A DNA stretch of 64,000 nucleotides from contig JAJRTR010000204.1 in the NCBI GenBank assembly GCA_024278215.1, positions 1 to 64,000 of the forward strand. Reading direction: 5' to 3'. Shown here one piece after another: positions 39,016-48,931 of this stretch. The stretch comes from a bacterium (lineage in GTDB: Bacteria > UBP15 > UBA6099 > JAJRTR01). Under the pieces are notes generated by a model. That model was not told the DNA's origin. It saw only the letters and a list, made by a program, of their open reading frames with translations, and did no database searches. A program made the translations under genes and the position numbers. Positions within the stretch are counted from its first letter, which is position 1. The number at the start of each line of letters is the position of its first letter.

Positions 39016-39978
39016 TTGACTCAACTCATACTGCACATTATGAGATTCTGTTTCGAGGCCGTTGTGATCTTCGGCTTCAATTATGTCATGATCGCCGGGA
39101 TCAGAGACATACTATATTTTCTGCTGCCCATCGGCCCTCCGGGTAAAAAGAAATATCCTTCGATATCGTGGGCGGAGTTCCTCAAGCCAACCGTCATCTA
39201 TCGAATAGTTTTCTGGGGCCTGTTTGTGCTTGCGATGCTGCTCCTGTTCAGATTCTTCGTTCATTTCGTAATATTCGTACTCGTTTCATATTTCCTCTTT
39301 ACCGCCGCGGAGCGCAGGCGGCTTGCACCCGGCCCGCTCGTTCTGCTCACTTCGCTCCTGATAATGGCGATCACATTATTCCTGATCAACAGCCAGCCGG
39401 TGCTTCTGATGATCGAAAACCATCTTTCCGTCGACCTGTGGGTATACAATGCGGGCAACTCGCTGATCGACTCGATGATCTCAGCCGGTCTCAAGCTGGG
39501 AATCGACACATCGGGCATCGAACGTCTGGCCGCTGTTGTGCCTGTGGTACAGAAGCACCTCGTCGGTATACTTTATATCTCGATATATCTCCTGTCTCTC
39601 GTTGTCACGGGAAGCCTCGTGAAGGTCATTCTTCCGTGGTCGAAATTCAAGCTGCCGGAATTCCACGAGATACCACCGGTGAAAATGTTTCCGCTCGTTA
39701 CCGCCGCCTGCCTGATTACTGCTCATTATATGAAAGCCCCGGAACTGGTCTTTGTCGCACTCGCCATATATTATTTCTGGGGAATCAACTTCCTGTTCCA
39801 CCTCATCGGCGGCGCGCACTGGCTGCTGTTCCTGATAGCAGTCGCCGCAGGCAGCCTGAACGCAGTCGTCATCCCGGTTTTTATCATCATCGGCATACTC
39901 GACAACCTCTTCGACTTCCGCAGGATTCTCCGCATGATCGGTGTCGGCAAAGCCGTCAACACGACATTTACCGATTGA
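39016..39978 (+). CDS. DUF2232/YybS-like membrane protein
   Basis: Very hydrophobic; C-terminal IIGILDNLFDFRR; start uncertain. Confidence 0.6.
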   Translation: MTQLILHIMRFCFEAVVIFGFNYVMIAGIRDILYFLLPIGPPGKKKYPSISWAEFLKPTVIYRIVFWGLFVLAMLLLFRFFVHFVIFVLVSYFLFTAAERRRLAPGPLVLLTSLLIMAITLFLINSQPVLLMIENHLSVDLWVYNAGNSLIDSMISAGLKLGIDTSGIERLAAVVPVVQKHLVGILYISIYLLSLVVTGSLVKVILPWSKFKLPEFHEIPPVKMFPLVTAACLITAHYMKAPELVFVALAIYYFWGINFLFHLIGGAHWLLFLIAVAAGSLNAVVIPVFIIIGILDNLFDFRRILRMIGVGKAVNTTFTD

Positions 39979-40110
39979 CACATCACCAGCGTAAAACGGC
40001 ATATGTTCCGGATTGTTTTGTGAGAAATCCGGGATAATATACGGACATATACACTTATTTCCGATTGCAATAACAACAATGACCGAATGGGAGATGAGGT
40101 TGCTTGTTTG

Positions 40111-40872
40111 TTATTCCTTAAAGTAAATAACAACTTTACGATTGTTACCGTTGCCTTCACTGGAAGTTCTTATGTTTTTGAAATTAGACAGGGCGAGATG
40201 GACAATCCGGCGGTCCTGTGGTGTCATGGGAGCGAGCGACTCGCTCTTTTTTGATTTCACGACTTTGCGGGCGACGTTGCGCGAGAGTTGCTTGATGCTT
40301 TTTTCGCGGCGGCTGCGGTAGTCGCCGACATTGATAATGATTTTCTTTTTATTGCCGAGCTTTTTACCCATGATGACATTTGTGATGTACTGGATGCTGT
40401 CGAGAGTCTGGCCGAATTTGCCGATTACAACGCCCGAGTCTTTGCCGCTGATGTCGACATAGATATCGCGCTCGCCTTCATTGACTTCGATATCGCATTT
40501 GACTTTAAGGTGTAGAAAAAGTTGCCGGAGGAATCCCTCGATCTGGTCTTCAGGCGGATCGTCCATGTTGAAATGATGGCTGGTAGGGAGCGGCAATTCA
40601 TCGTCTTGCGATGTTTCCTTCCTGTAATTGCCGGTTTCTTCAGTCTTATCATCTTCTATCTGAGCAGGTGAAGGTTCCTTGTCTGATTCCGGCGGTTCTT
40701 TGAGAGTGACCCGCAGTTTGCAATTCCGCGAGCCGAGCAGTCCGCCGAGAAATCCCTCACGGCCTTCGTCGATCACTTCGACTTCGACTTCATCTTCCTT
40801 CGCTTCAAGTTTATCGAGCGCTGCTGCCAGCGCATCTTCTTTTGTCTTGCCTTCCTGAATAACTTCGTTCAT
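40111..40872 (-). CDS. jag: RNA-binding protein Jag/EloR/KhpB
   Basis: Jag_N (GKTKEDAL), KH domain (IGKFGQTLDSIQY) and R3H domain (RRIVH). Confidence 0.95.
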   Translation of the reverse strand: MNEVIQEGKTKEDALAAALDKLEAKEDEVEVEVIDEGREGFLGGLLGSRNCKLRVTLKEPPESDKEPSPAQIEDDKTEETGNYRKETSQDDELPLPTSHHFNMDDPPEDQIEGFLRQLFLHLKVKCDIEVNEGERDIYVDISGKDSGVVIGKFGQTLDSIQYITNVIMGKKLGNKKKIIINVGDYRSRREKSIKQLSRNVARKVVKSKKSESLAPMTPQDRRIVHLALSNFKNIRTSSEGNGNNRKVVIYFKE

Positions 40873-41098
40873 AATCAGCCACCTGGTTCATGTCGTATTT
40901 CACCGCATTCCCGCTGTTTATTCCCCAAAAGAAAATCAGCAACCTATAATTATGGCCGCGCCGCCAGCGATTGCCGTTTTACAACAGGAATGTCCTGAGT
41001 ATATCATTTTAACTTCTATATACAAGCCGAAATGCGGCGATATGTCTCTGTGAAATCCGGTGCGGCGCCTGTCCGGGTTCTGCCGGCGCGGTGCCTGT

Positions 41099-42016
41099 CT
41101 ATCTCTTTCTCTTTTTTCTTCTCTTACCTTTTTTCTTAGAACCGGTATTCGTTTTCTTATTGCCTTTTACTTTATTATCCGATTGTGTATCCTGTTTGTT
41201 TCCGTTTTTTGTTTCTTTGCCAGATTTCGGGCTGGCCGATTTCCCGTTTTTTGCCGCTGCCGCTTTTTTCAGGATTTTGCTCTTGAATTTATCATTGTCC
41301 GGCAATTTCGTGGCAGCCTGCTGCGCGAACTGGAGCACGTTCGACACACCCCAGTAGAGCAGCACTCCCGCAGGCATAACAAATGAAATGTAGACAATGA
41401 AAATGTTCATGAACCACATTGTGCTTTTCTGCTGCGGGTCGACAGTCATCATTTTCTGCTGGATCACTGTGGTCACCGTCATGAGAGCGACAACAACGAG
41501 CACCGGCGTGTACAGGTAAGCGTTCTGGAAAAAACTGATGCCGAACTTGCTCAGGTCGATCATGCCGGGCATGATAAGCGCGAGGTCCTTGAGAAAAACC
41601 GGCGAAAGTTTTGTGAATGCCGCGGACGACAGGTTCATTCCGTAGAAGTCCGTGTTGACGAGTATGAAGCCGTTTAGTTCGGGCAACTGGAGCACGCGGT
41701 AGAGGGCGATGAACACAGGCAACTGGAGCACCATGGGCAGGCAACTGCTGAGCGGGTTCACGCCAAGCTCTTTGTAGAGCGCCATCATCTCTTTGCTCTG
41801 CCGCTCTTTGTCGTCCTTATATTTTTCCTGGAGCGCTTTGATCAGAGGCTGCGCGGCCTGCATCGCTTTCATACTCTTGAGACCGGAGAATGTCAGCGGC
41901 AACAGAACTATCCGCATTACCGCCGTAAGGATGATGATGTCCCATCCGTAGTTTCCTGTGTACTGATGAAGGTATTGTATTACGTCGAGTATGAGCTTGA
42001 AGAACCAATCGAACAT
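41099..42016 (-). CDS. yidC: Membrane protein insertase (short form)
   Basis: GNYGWDIIILT, NPLSSCLPMVLQLPVFIALY and PAGVLLYW motifs. Confidence 0.95.
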   Translation of the reverse strand: MFDWFFKLILDVIQYLHQYTGNYGWDIIILTAVMRIVLLPLTFSGLKSMKAMQAAQPLIKALQEKYKDDKERQSKEMMALYKELGVNPLSSCLPMVLQLPVFIALYRVLQLPELNGFILVNTDFYGMNLSSAAFTKLSPVFLKDLALIMPGMIDLSKFGISFFQNAYLYTPVLVVVALMTVTTVIQQKMMTVDPQQKSTMWFMNIFIVYISFVMPAGVLLYWGVSNVLQFAQQAATKLPDNDKFKSKILKKAAAAKNGKSASPKSGKETKNGNKQDTQSDNKVKGNKKTNTGSKKKGKRRKKRKR

Positions 42017-42134
42017 TATTCAATTATCTCTTTTCATATTCAGTGATTATTCCATCGTCTGTAATCGTTGACGGCACTATGCAGGGCCAATCATAAATAT
42101 AAAGTCCGGTATACTCCGCGTTCGCGCCGCGAAT

Positions 42135-42386
42135 TCACTGCGGTTGAGTAATTTCATCATTCTTATCATGCCGGGGCGGCACCGGGTCGACACCACCCTT
42201 CGAGAACGGATTGCAACGCAAGACCCGCCATACGGCGAGTGCTGTGCCGCGGATAAAACCGTGGGTGTGGAGCGCCTGCACTGCATAGGTCGAGCACGTG
42301 GGATGATATTTACACGTTGCAGGGAAAAGCGGCGATATCAGAGCCTGGTAACACTTAATGATGAAAATCGCTGCTTTAGCGAACAT
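42135..42386 (-). CDS. yidD: Membrane protein insertion efficiency factor
   Basis: YQALISP, CKYHPTCS and RCNPFSKGGVDPVP motifs. Confidence 0.95.
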   Translation of the reverse strand: MFAKAAIFIIKCYQALISPLFPATCKYHPTCSTYAVQALHTHGFIRGTALAVWRVLRCNPFSKGGVDPVPPRHDKNDEITQPQ

Positions 42387-42392
42387 ATAGAT

Positions 42393-42767
42393 TCATACTC
42401 CGGGCATCCTGTCCAGCATTTCCCGGAGTTCCTTTTTCGCTCCTTCAAGATATTTCTCTGTGACGGGCTTCCTGCACAGAACGATAATGTCTTTGCCGAT
42501 CATCGCAGGATGCGCAGCCTGCCTGAGGTTCTCGCGAAGAACTCTTCGCGCCCTGTTCCTGAGAACGGCGTTGCCGAGCCGCTTCGGGACAAACACGGCA
42601 CATCTGGCGCGGTTGTCCGACCGTCGCATGTAGAGAATGTTGATGTTCCTGCCTCTTATGCGTTTACCCCGCCGGAAAATCGAGTCTATGTCGTTCCTGC
42701 CGTGAAGCCGCTCGATGTGTCCCGCCTCATACGCTGAGGCGTTTGCGTCCTTTTCTTCTGCGGGCAT
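42393..42767 (-). CDS. rnpA: Ribonuclease P protein component
   Basis: [18 protein letters not shown] (RNR motif); synteny. Confidence 0.92.
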   Translation of the reverse strand: MPAEEKDANASAYEAGHIERLHGRNDIDSIFRRGKRIRGRNINILYMRRSDNRARCAVFVPKRLGNAVLRNRARRVLRENLRQAAHPAMIGKDIIVLCRKPVTEKYLEGAKKELREMLDRMPGV

Positions 42768-42861
42768 TGATCACTCTGCGTCCGGCTTTGGTTTTCATCC
42801 GCGCCCGGAATCCGTGTTTTCTTTTCCTTCGCCTGTTGTGAGGTCTGTACGTCGGCTGCAT
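42727..42861 (-). CDS. rpmH: 50S ribosomal protein L34 (not in the ORF track)
   Basis: [53 protein letters not shown]. Confidence 0.97.
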   Translation of the reverse strand: MQPTYRPHNRRRKRKHGFRARMKTKAGRRVINARRRKGRKRLSV

Positions 42862-43180
42862 CTTATCCTGCTCCTTCTTTAATATTTTCTGTTTATCTGC
42901 ATAATGTTTTCATGTTACTAATGAAAGGATTCTGTGCATGCTTCGAACTTATTTTACAGAATCACAATACCGCATAAACCGCACCGCAAACACGCCGTCA
43001 CGCGGCATTACGGAATCAGGGTAGAAATATACCACAAGCCCGGCTCATTTTCAAACCCCGGCCGTATATAACTGAAATGCTACTGAACGGGAACTTGTTT
43101 TTTCGATGTATAATGTCCATATATTACCCCAATATTATGATTTGTTACCGAATCTGCGGATTCTGCGATGAGAACCACGA

Positions 43181-43210
43181 AAAAAGCCCCCTGCTGTGAG
43201 GGGGCTTTTT
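43181..43210. terminator. Intrinsic terminator (bidirectional form) downstream of the porin gene
   Basis: AAAAAGCCCCCT-GCTGTG-AGGGGGCTTTTT. Confidence 0.85.
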
Positions 43211-43233
43211 GTTGTTATTGCTGAACAGCCGGT

Positions 43234-44469
43234 TCAGTATACGATCATGAATTCTACGAATGTCAGGTCGTTGTCTGTAAAGCTGCTGAAGTCTGTGCCG
43301 GCGATTGCCGGTTCGTCTTCCATATTGAATTCCTGCTCGAACTGGAGCCATGCCCTGGGGGCGAGTTTGTGCTTGTAGGAGATGATTACCTGCTGTTTGT
43401 CCCATACATCCGTGAGTGCGGCCACGCCGCTTGCGGCGGTTGCGCCGGAGGCGTCGAGGCTGTAGTTCAGGTCATAGTTGAGCTGGCCATATTCGACATA
43501 GAGTGAGTTCGCCGCATCGAAGTTGTAGCCGATGAGAGTCTGGAAGCCGTCGAAGTCGAGGCTGGCGATCTGGCCGTCTGTGTATTCACCCTGGAACATC
43601 CATGTGCCGTTGTTGTACTGGAAGTCGACACCGAGCATATCATGCGTGCGGGTCGAGTCGGTTTTGCCTGAAAGTGTCGCGAGAGCGGCAGCGTCTGTGG
43701 CAATCACCTTGCTGGTGTAGTAACTGGCACCGATCTTGAGTGAAGGAATAACTTTACCGGCGAGTCGAATGGAGACCGCACGGTTATTGTTGTTTTCATA
43801 TCCGGAGTCTTTGTTGGCGAGCAGACCATAGGAGTCTGTTGTGGCCTTCTGTTTTGAACCTGTGTAAGAAGCGACACCGACTGTGCGGGCAGATGAAGAT
43901 GTGCCGGTTGTAGAGCCGATGAGATAACCGTTAAGGATACCGATATTGAGGTCGATCTTGCCGTTGTCCAGTTTGTTGAGAGACTGGAGACCTGTTACGC
44001 GAGCCTGGTTGATGGCGGCGTTGTAGAGGCTGTAGTTCGACGTTTTGCGGTTTTTGCCGTGGGGAGTAATGCCGTAGCACCAGCTGCGGTTCTTACCGAG
44101 TATCAGCTTGCTGCCTTCGCCGATTCCCACGTCATCGAGAATCATCATGCCGGATTCCATGTAGGTGTAGCCAACAGAGGGCCAGAACCATATATGTGCT
44201 TCGCCATGGACCTTGCTCGAAGCGTCCCAGCGGGGCTGGAAGGCGACTTCTGTGGATTCCCATGTGCTGCCGTCCGCCTCGGATGACGAGAGCCGGCCCC
44301 TGAAGTACCCGTGGAAAGTAAGACCCGCGGGCAGTGGGGACTTGTTCATGTCCGCAACCTGCTGCTTGAGTGCTGCGAATTCCGCTTCGTCTACCGAAGC
44401 TGTCGCTGTGTACGCGATACCTGCAATCGCCAGACAGCAACCCAATACAAACATCATAACCTTTTTAAT
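43234..44469 (-). CDS. Outer-membrane porin-like beta-barrel protein
   Basis: Signal peptide, short coiled coil (ALKQQVADM), amphipathic strands and terminal aromatic residue (FMIVY). Start probably ATT 44469, alternatively ATG 44457. Confidence 0.75.
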   Translation of the reverse strand: MKKVMMFVLGCCLAIAGIAYTATASVDEAEFAALKQQVADMNKSPLPAGLTFHGYFRGRLSSSEADGSTWESTEVAFQPRWDASSKVHGEAHIWFWPSVGYTYMESGMMILDDVGIGEGSKLILGKNRSWCYGITPHGKNRKTSNYSLYNAAINQARVTGLQSLNKLDNGKIDLNIGILNGYLIGSTTGTSSSARTVGVASYTGSKQKATTDSYGLLANKDSGYENNNNRAVSIRLAGKVIPSLKIGASYYTSKVIATDAAALATLSGKTDSTRTHDMLGVDFQYNNGTWMFQGEYTDGQIASLDFDGFQTLIGYNFDAANSLYVEYGQLNYDLNYSLDASGATAASGVAALTDVWDKQQVIISYKHKLAPRAWLQFEQEFNMEDEPAIAGTDFSSFTDNDLTFVEFMIVY

Positions 44470-44659
44470 TTGAAACCTCCCTGGACCTTTAACTTCTTTT
44501 TCTATTTTTATAATAATCCGGGCAGTCTTTTCGACATACCCCGGTAATGAAAAGAAATTTGTGTTAAAACACAGTACTACGGATACTTCAAGTTACTATA
44601 GTAGCATATATACCAATCGAGTTGTCAACCTTCTTTGCTAAAATATAATCCAAACGAAC

Positions 44660-45967
44660 CTATACTTTTTGCCTGTTATCTACAACTCTTTGAGATTTTC
44701 CTTCGCTGCGTTCGATAGTTTTCGGCTCGACGAGCTTGATTTTCGCCGACAGGCCGAGTGCGCTCGCCATCTCGTGTTCGATGCGGTTTTTGAGTGCGTG
44801 CATGGCTTTCATCTCGTCTTTGAAGATTTCGTCCGAAACCTAGACCCACACTTCGAGCCGGTCTTTCGCGCCTTCGCGAGTCACATAGATCATGTAGTGT
44901 GGCTTTGTGCCTTCGATGTTCAGGAGCACGTGTTCTATCTGTTGCGGATATACATTTACGCCGCGTATGATGAGCATGTCGTCCGAGCGGCGGGCAATGC
45001 GTTCGATCCGGGCAAGTGTGCGACCGCAGCCGCATTTTTCATAGTGGAGCCGTGTGATGTCTCGCGTTCTATACCTTATTAATGGTAATCCTTCTTTGGT
45101 AAGCGTAGTAATGACGAGTTCGCCTTCTTCGCCCGGCGGAAGCTGCGCACCGGTTTCCGGGTCGATGATCTCGGGCAGGAAGTGGTCTTCGGCGATGTGG
45201 TGACCGCACCGCTCGGGGCATTCACCTGCGACGCCCGGTCCGATCACCTCGCTGAGTCCGTAGTTGTCGGTGGCTTTGATGTACAACTTCGATTCGATCT
45301 CTTCGCGCATCTTTTCCGTCCAGGGCTCGGAGCCGAACAGCCCCAGGCGAAGATCGGTTGTTTTGGGGTCGACACCCTGTTCTTCCATCGCCTCGACGAT
45401 TGTCATGGCGTAGCTCGGAGTGCAGACAAGGGCAGTAGACTTGTAGTCGCGCATAATGAGTATCTGCCTGCGCGTGTTGCCCACGGAAGTGGGGATGACG
45501 GAAGCGCCGATGAGTTCCGCGCCCTGGTGGAGTCCGAACGCGCCTGTGAAGAGTCCGTAGCCGAAAGCGATCTGTATGACGTCGTCGCGGCCGACGCCGA
45601 CCATGGTCATCATGCGCGCGCACAGTTCGCTCCAGTGCAGCAGGTCGTTACGCGTGTAGCCGACAACCGTGGGGTGGCCGGTGGTGCCGGACGACGAGTG
45701 TATCCTGACAATCTCGCGCAGCGGAACCGCGAACATATCATAGGGATAAGAGTCCCTGAGATTGTCTTTTACGGTGAAAGGCAGTTTTCGCAGGTCATCG
45801 AGTGAGTTCACATCTTCGGGGAGCAGGCCCATTTCGTCGAACTTCTTTTTATAGAACGCCACGTTCCTGTAGCATCTGTGGACGATAGTCTGGAGACGTT
45901 CGAGTTGCAGTTGTTCAAGTTCCTCCCTGTCCATCAACTCATATTCGGGTTTCCATACGCTGGTCAT
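44660..45967 (-). pseudogene. paaK: Phenylacetate-CoA ligase with an in-frame TAG at 44840-44842
   Basis: [13 protein letters not shown] and [15 protein letters not shown] motifs. After LEVWV* the frame continues VSDEIF...IERSEGKSQRVVDNRQKV* to 44660. Confidence 0.85.
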
Positions 45968-46698
45968 TATTCCCATACCTCCTTGTACCCCTTGCCGAGG
46001 TACGCTCGTTTGACTTCGCTGTTCTCCTTCAGGTCTTCGACAGGGCCCTGGACGACGATCCGGCCGGTTTCCAGAACGTAGGCGCGCGAGGCGAGATTGA
46101 AAGCCTGCCTGACGTTTTGTTCGACGACAAGCAGAGTGAGTCCCTCCGCGCGGAGCCTGCGCAGAACGCTGTAAATCTCTTCTACAATGGTGGGCGCCAG
46201 GCCCATCGAGGGTTCGTCGAGCAGCAGGAGTTTCGGCTTGGACATCAGGGCGCGGCCGATAGCCACCATCTGCTGTTCACCGCCGCTGAGAGTGCCCGCA
46301 TACTGTTTTTTCCGCTCGGCGAGCCGCGGCAGCATTTCATATATTTTTTCAAGGTCGTCGTCGATCTCGGACTTATCGGCTGAAAACCGGTGGTATGCGC
46401 CCAGCATGAGATTATCGAGCACAGTGAGAGCGGCGAAAAGTTTGCGGCCTTCGGGCACCAGCGCGATGCCTTTGCGGACGATCCTGTTCGCGCTCGTCCC
46501 GGCGATGTTTTTGTCCATGAACAGGAGTTTGCCCCTGCGCGGCGGCAGCAGACCGGTGATGGACTTCATGAGTGTGGTCTTTCCCGCGCCGTTCGCTCCT
46601 ATGAGGGCTACCGCTTCGCCTTCGCGCACATGCAGGGACACCCCGCTGAGGACGCGCAGATTGTCGTAATATGTCGATATGCTTTGTATCTTCAGCAT
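45967..46698 (-). CDS. livF: Branched-chain amino acid ABC transporter ATP-binding protein
   Basis: [29 protein letters not shown] and VEQN motifs. Confidence 0.93.
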   Translation of the reverse strand: MLKIQSISTYYDNLRVLSGVSLHVREGEAVALIGANGAGKTTLMKSITGLLPPRRGKLLFMDKNIAGTSANRIVRKGIALVPEGRKLFAALTVLDNLMLGAYHRFSADKSEIDDDLEKIYEMLPRLAERKKQYAGTLSGGEQQMVAIGRALMSKPKLLLLDEPSMGLAPTIVEEIYSVLRRLRAEGLTLLVVEQNVRQAFNLASRAYVLETGRIVVQGPVEDLKENSEVKRAYLGKGYKEVWE

Positions 46699-46825
46699 TT
46701 ACAGAACCCTTTGTTATCGAAGTCGGCATTCGTGCCCAAACAAATGAGGTTTGAGCACGGCACGCAATCTATAGTTCGAGCACGGCATACAGAGTTTCAT
46801 CGTTCCTGCCGTCCCTTTCATCAAC

Positions 46826-46940
46826 CAGTGTCGTGTCAGGCGGCAAGTGTCGACAGAGGCATGGTTACCGCATCCCGTCTTCTTTCTTTTTCGCACTATC
46901 CATCCTTCATACACGTCATTATACCTTTGACGCGGCACTA
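46826..46940. mobile_element. Short MITE family 2-related element
   Basis: Ends CAGTGTCGTGTCA / TGACGCGGCACTA. Confidence 0.55.
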
Positions 46941-46970
46941 AGGCGAAAACATTTTCTCATTCACAGCGCG

Positions 46971-48569
46971 TTAAGGACCGGCTATCCTCTTCACTCCGAA
47001 CGAAACGATGTGGCGGCGGAAGTGTTTTTCAAGTGCCGCATAATGTTCTTCCTCGAATTCATCCAGCACATCCATAATCCTGTCGTAAAAAACAAAATTG
47101 CCCGCGTCGTCTTTATGTGTCAGAACAGAGCCGTAAGTAATGTGAATGAGTTGTCTCGCGTTGTTTTCGTCCATAAGCGGTTCGAGTTCGTTGTCCGAAA
47201 GTGTGCCGACAACAGGAATCTTTGCAAGGTCGGTCGTTACGTGATATGTCGCCCTGTCATGTTCGAAACGGGAAAGTGCAAACTTGTGTATCTCCCTGTA
47301 AAGGGCGGGAGCATGCCGCGCAACTATCCGTATCGCTTCAATATAGCTCGTGCCTGCGGTTTTTTCGTGGAACAGCCCGCGTGTCAATTCTCCGATCACA
47401 GGGAAAACACTGAACTTGTCGCTGCCTGAATGGATACTGAGTTTGTATGGTCCCATGCACCGGGCGATCAGCGCGTGAAGCAGCAGTGAGTCGCGCAGCA
47501 TATCAATGTCGCCGATGTAATCTATGCCTTTCTGGAACTCGCCGATATAGCGCGGTGCAAGGCTCTGTGCGCTGATCGCATTCGCTTTAAGTTCGGCTGC
47601 GACAAAAAGGTGTTCTTCGGGCGTAGTCGGCTGGGAAGTCTCATCGACCGACATCTCGAAATCGAAATTCCCGGCACTGCCGAGCAGTTCCACAAGCAGC
47701 GCGTGAAGCTTAATTGTGTGTTTTACGGCGGGATAGTACTTAACTGCAATTCTCGCCAGTTTTATTTCATCGAAGATGAATGTCGCCGTGAATCCTGTGT
47801 CCGGGTCAGTAAGGGAAATGTCATTTTCCGTGTACCTTTTGACCATAGCAGCCTTTTCGGCATCATCATTGAACAGAGCATCGAATGCCTGCACCAGTCG
47901 GCTGCCGCTCATGTCGTCTGCGTCATGATTGAGTTGTGCGGAAGGATCGATCGTGTAGAAGGTGAAACCCGCTCCGGCGGTGCGGCGCACATCGTCTTCA
48001 GTTTTCAGGTGGTCGGCATCTGCGCCGAACGGTTCCCTGTATCCCTCCTGAAAAACACTCCAGCAGGCATCGTCCATCACCTGTTGCGGTGTGCGGCTCG
48101 TGCGTTCCATTTCCCTTATGGATTGTTGTGGAAATATCGGGCGTATGTCGTAACCCGCGGCGGCCCTGATGTGGCCGGGAGTTGCTATGCCGAGCCGGTC
48201 ACCCATGCCGATAGATGCTTCGAGCCCGAGTATGGAGGGCGCTGTAAAAGGAAGCGTTTTGCGGAGTGCGCCGGCGTTTTGCGCAGACGCGGCACATTCC
48301 TTTATGAACACGTCCCTGCCGCCTGCGGTTATCTTCATCACGCTTCCCGCGAACTCTTTCCCCGGGTCGTCATCGCCGGGCTTGATTATCATGAGTTTGC
48401 GCGCGCGCGGCGCTTTTCGCAGGCAGAACACTTCTCCTTTGTATGTGCATGCGGATGTGGCGTACATAGCTGAATCCGCAACTGCGATTTTCTCTTTAAT
48501 CGTATCAGAAAGTGGGCCTGTTTGATCGAAACAGTTATTGCTGATAAGAATTTCAACTATATTGTTCAT
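46971..48569 (-). CDS. uxaE: Tagaturonate/fructuronate epimerase
   Basis: GMGDRLG, QQSIREM, GADADHLK, EMSVDET, SIHSGSDKF and KTAGTSY motifs. Confidence 0.92.
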   Translation of the reverse strand: MNNIVEILISNNCFDQTGPLSDTIKEKIAVADSAMYATSACTYKGEVFCLRKAPRARKLMIIKPGDDDPGKEFAGSVMKITAGGRDVFIKECAASAQNAGALRKTLPFTAPSILGLEASIGMGDRLGIATPGHIRAAAGYDIRPIFPQQSIREMERTSRTPQQVMDDACWSVFQEGYREPFGADADHLKTEDDVRRTAGAGFTFYTIDPSAQLNHDADDMSGSRLVQAFDALFNDDAEKAAMVKRYTENDISLTDPDTGFTATFIFDEIKLARIAVKYYPAVKHTIKLHALLVELLGSAGNFDFEMSVDETSQPTTPEEHLFVAAELKANAISAQSLAPRYIGEFQKGIDYIGDIDMLRDSLLLHALIARCMGPYKLSIHSGSDKFSVFPVIGELTRGLFHEKTAGTSYIEAIRIVARHAPALYREIHKFALSRFEHDRATYHVTTDLAKIPVVGTLSDNELEPLMDENNARQLIHITYGSVLTHKDDAGNFVFYDRIMDVLDEFEEEHYAALEKHFRRHIVSFGVKRIAGP

Positions 48570-48639
48570 GTTTCATCTCCACGATTCTGCAATCGCTCTG
48601 CGTGTATCAGATAGATATTTTATTACCTCCGGCAGCGAA

Positions 48640-48753
48640 ATGTGAAGAAATTGGAGCAGAATGTGCATTTGTGTCGAAACACCTTTCCATTCTGAAGGGC
48701 GCGGGAATTGTTGCAGACGATAAACACGGCACGCAGGTTTATTATACACTAAG
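48640..48753 (+). pseudogene. ArsR/SmtB HTH remnant
   Basis: VSKHLSILKGAGIVADDKHGTQVYYTL, with no intact N-terminus; ends at the MITE. Confidence 0.6.
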
Positions 48754-48931
48754 GAGCCAATTGCAAAATTATGTTCGTAGCGAGGTCGAGCGAAATTGTT
48801 CAGTGCAAGGCGGAGGTGTAAAATCCTCGCAGGCGTACTTGTAGAGTACGTAGAGGATGATTTTGCACCGACAACGTAGCTGAGGACAATAGCAGCCGAC
48901 CGCAGCCGAATCAGAATTTTGCAATTGGCTC
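48754..48931 (+). mobile_element. MITE family 1, copy C (178 bp)
   Basis: Same terminal inverted repeats; TAA flanks; its last base is part of the TAG stop of the neighbouring gene. Confidence 0.9.

Noticed and set aside
42862-43230. oriC upstream of rpmH
   Set aside because: No dnaA and no convincing cluster of DnaA boxes.
44515-44546. Hairpin upstream of the porin gene as a c-di-GMP or other riboswitch
   Set aside because: Only a single stem-loop; the conserved aptamer motifs are missing.
44840-44842. Genome-wide TAG reassignment
   Set aside because: Many conserved genes here end properly at TAG (for example the mutase small subunit, yhaM, mce and the carboxyltransferase fusion).
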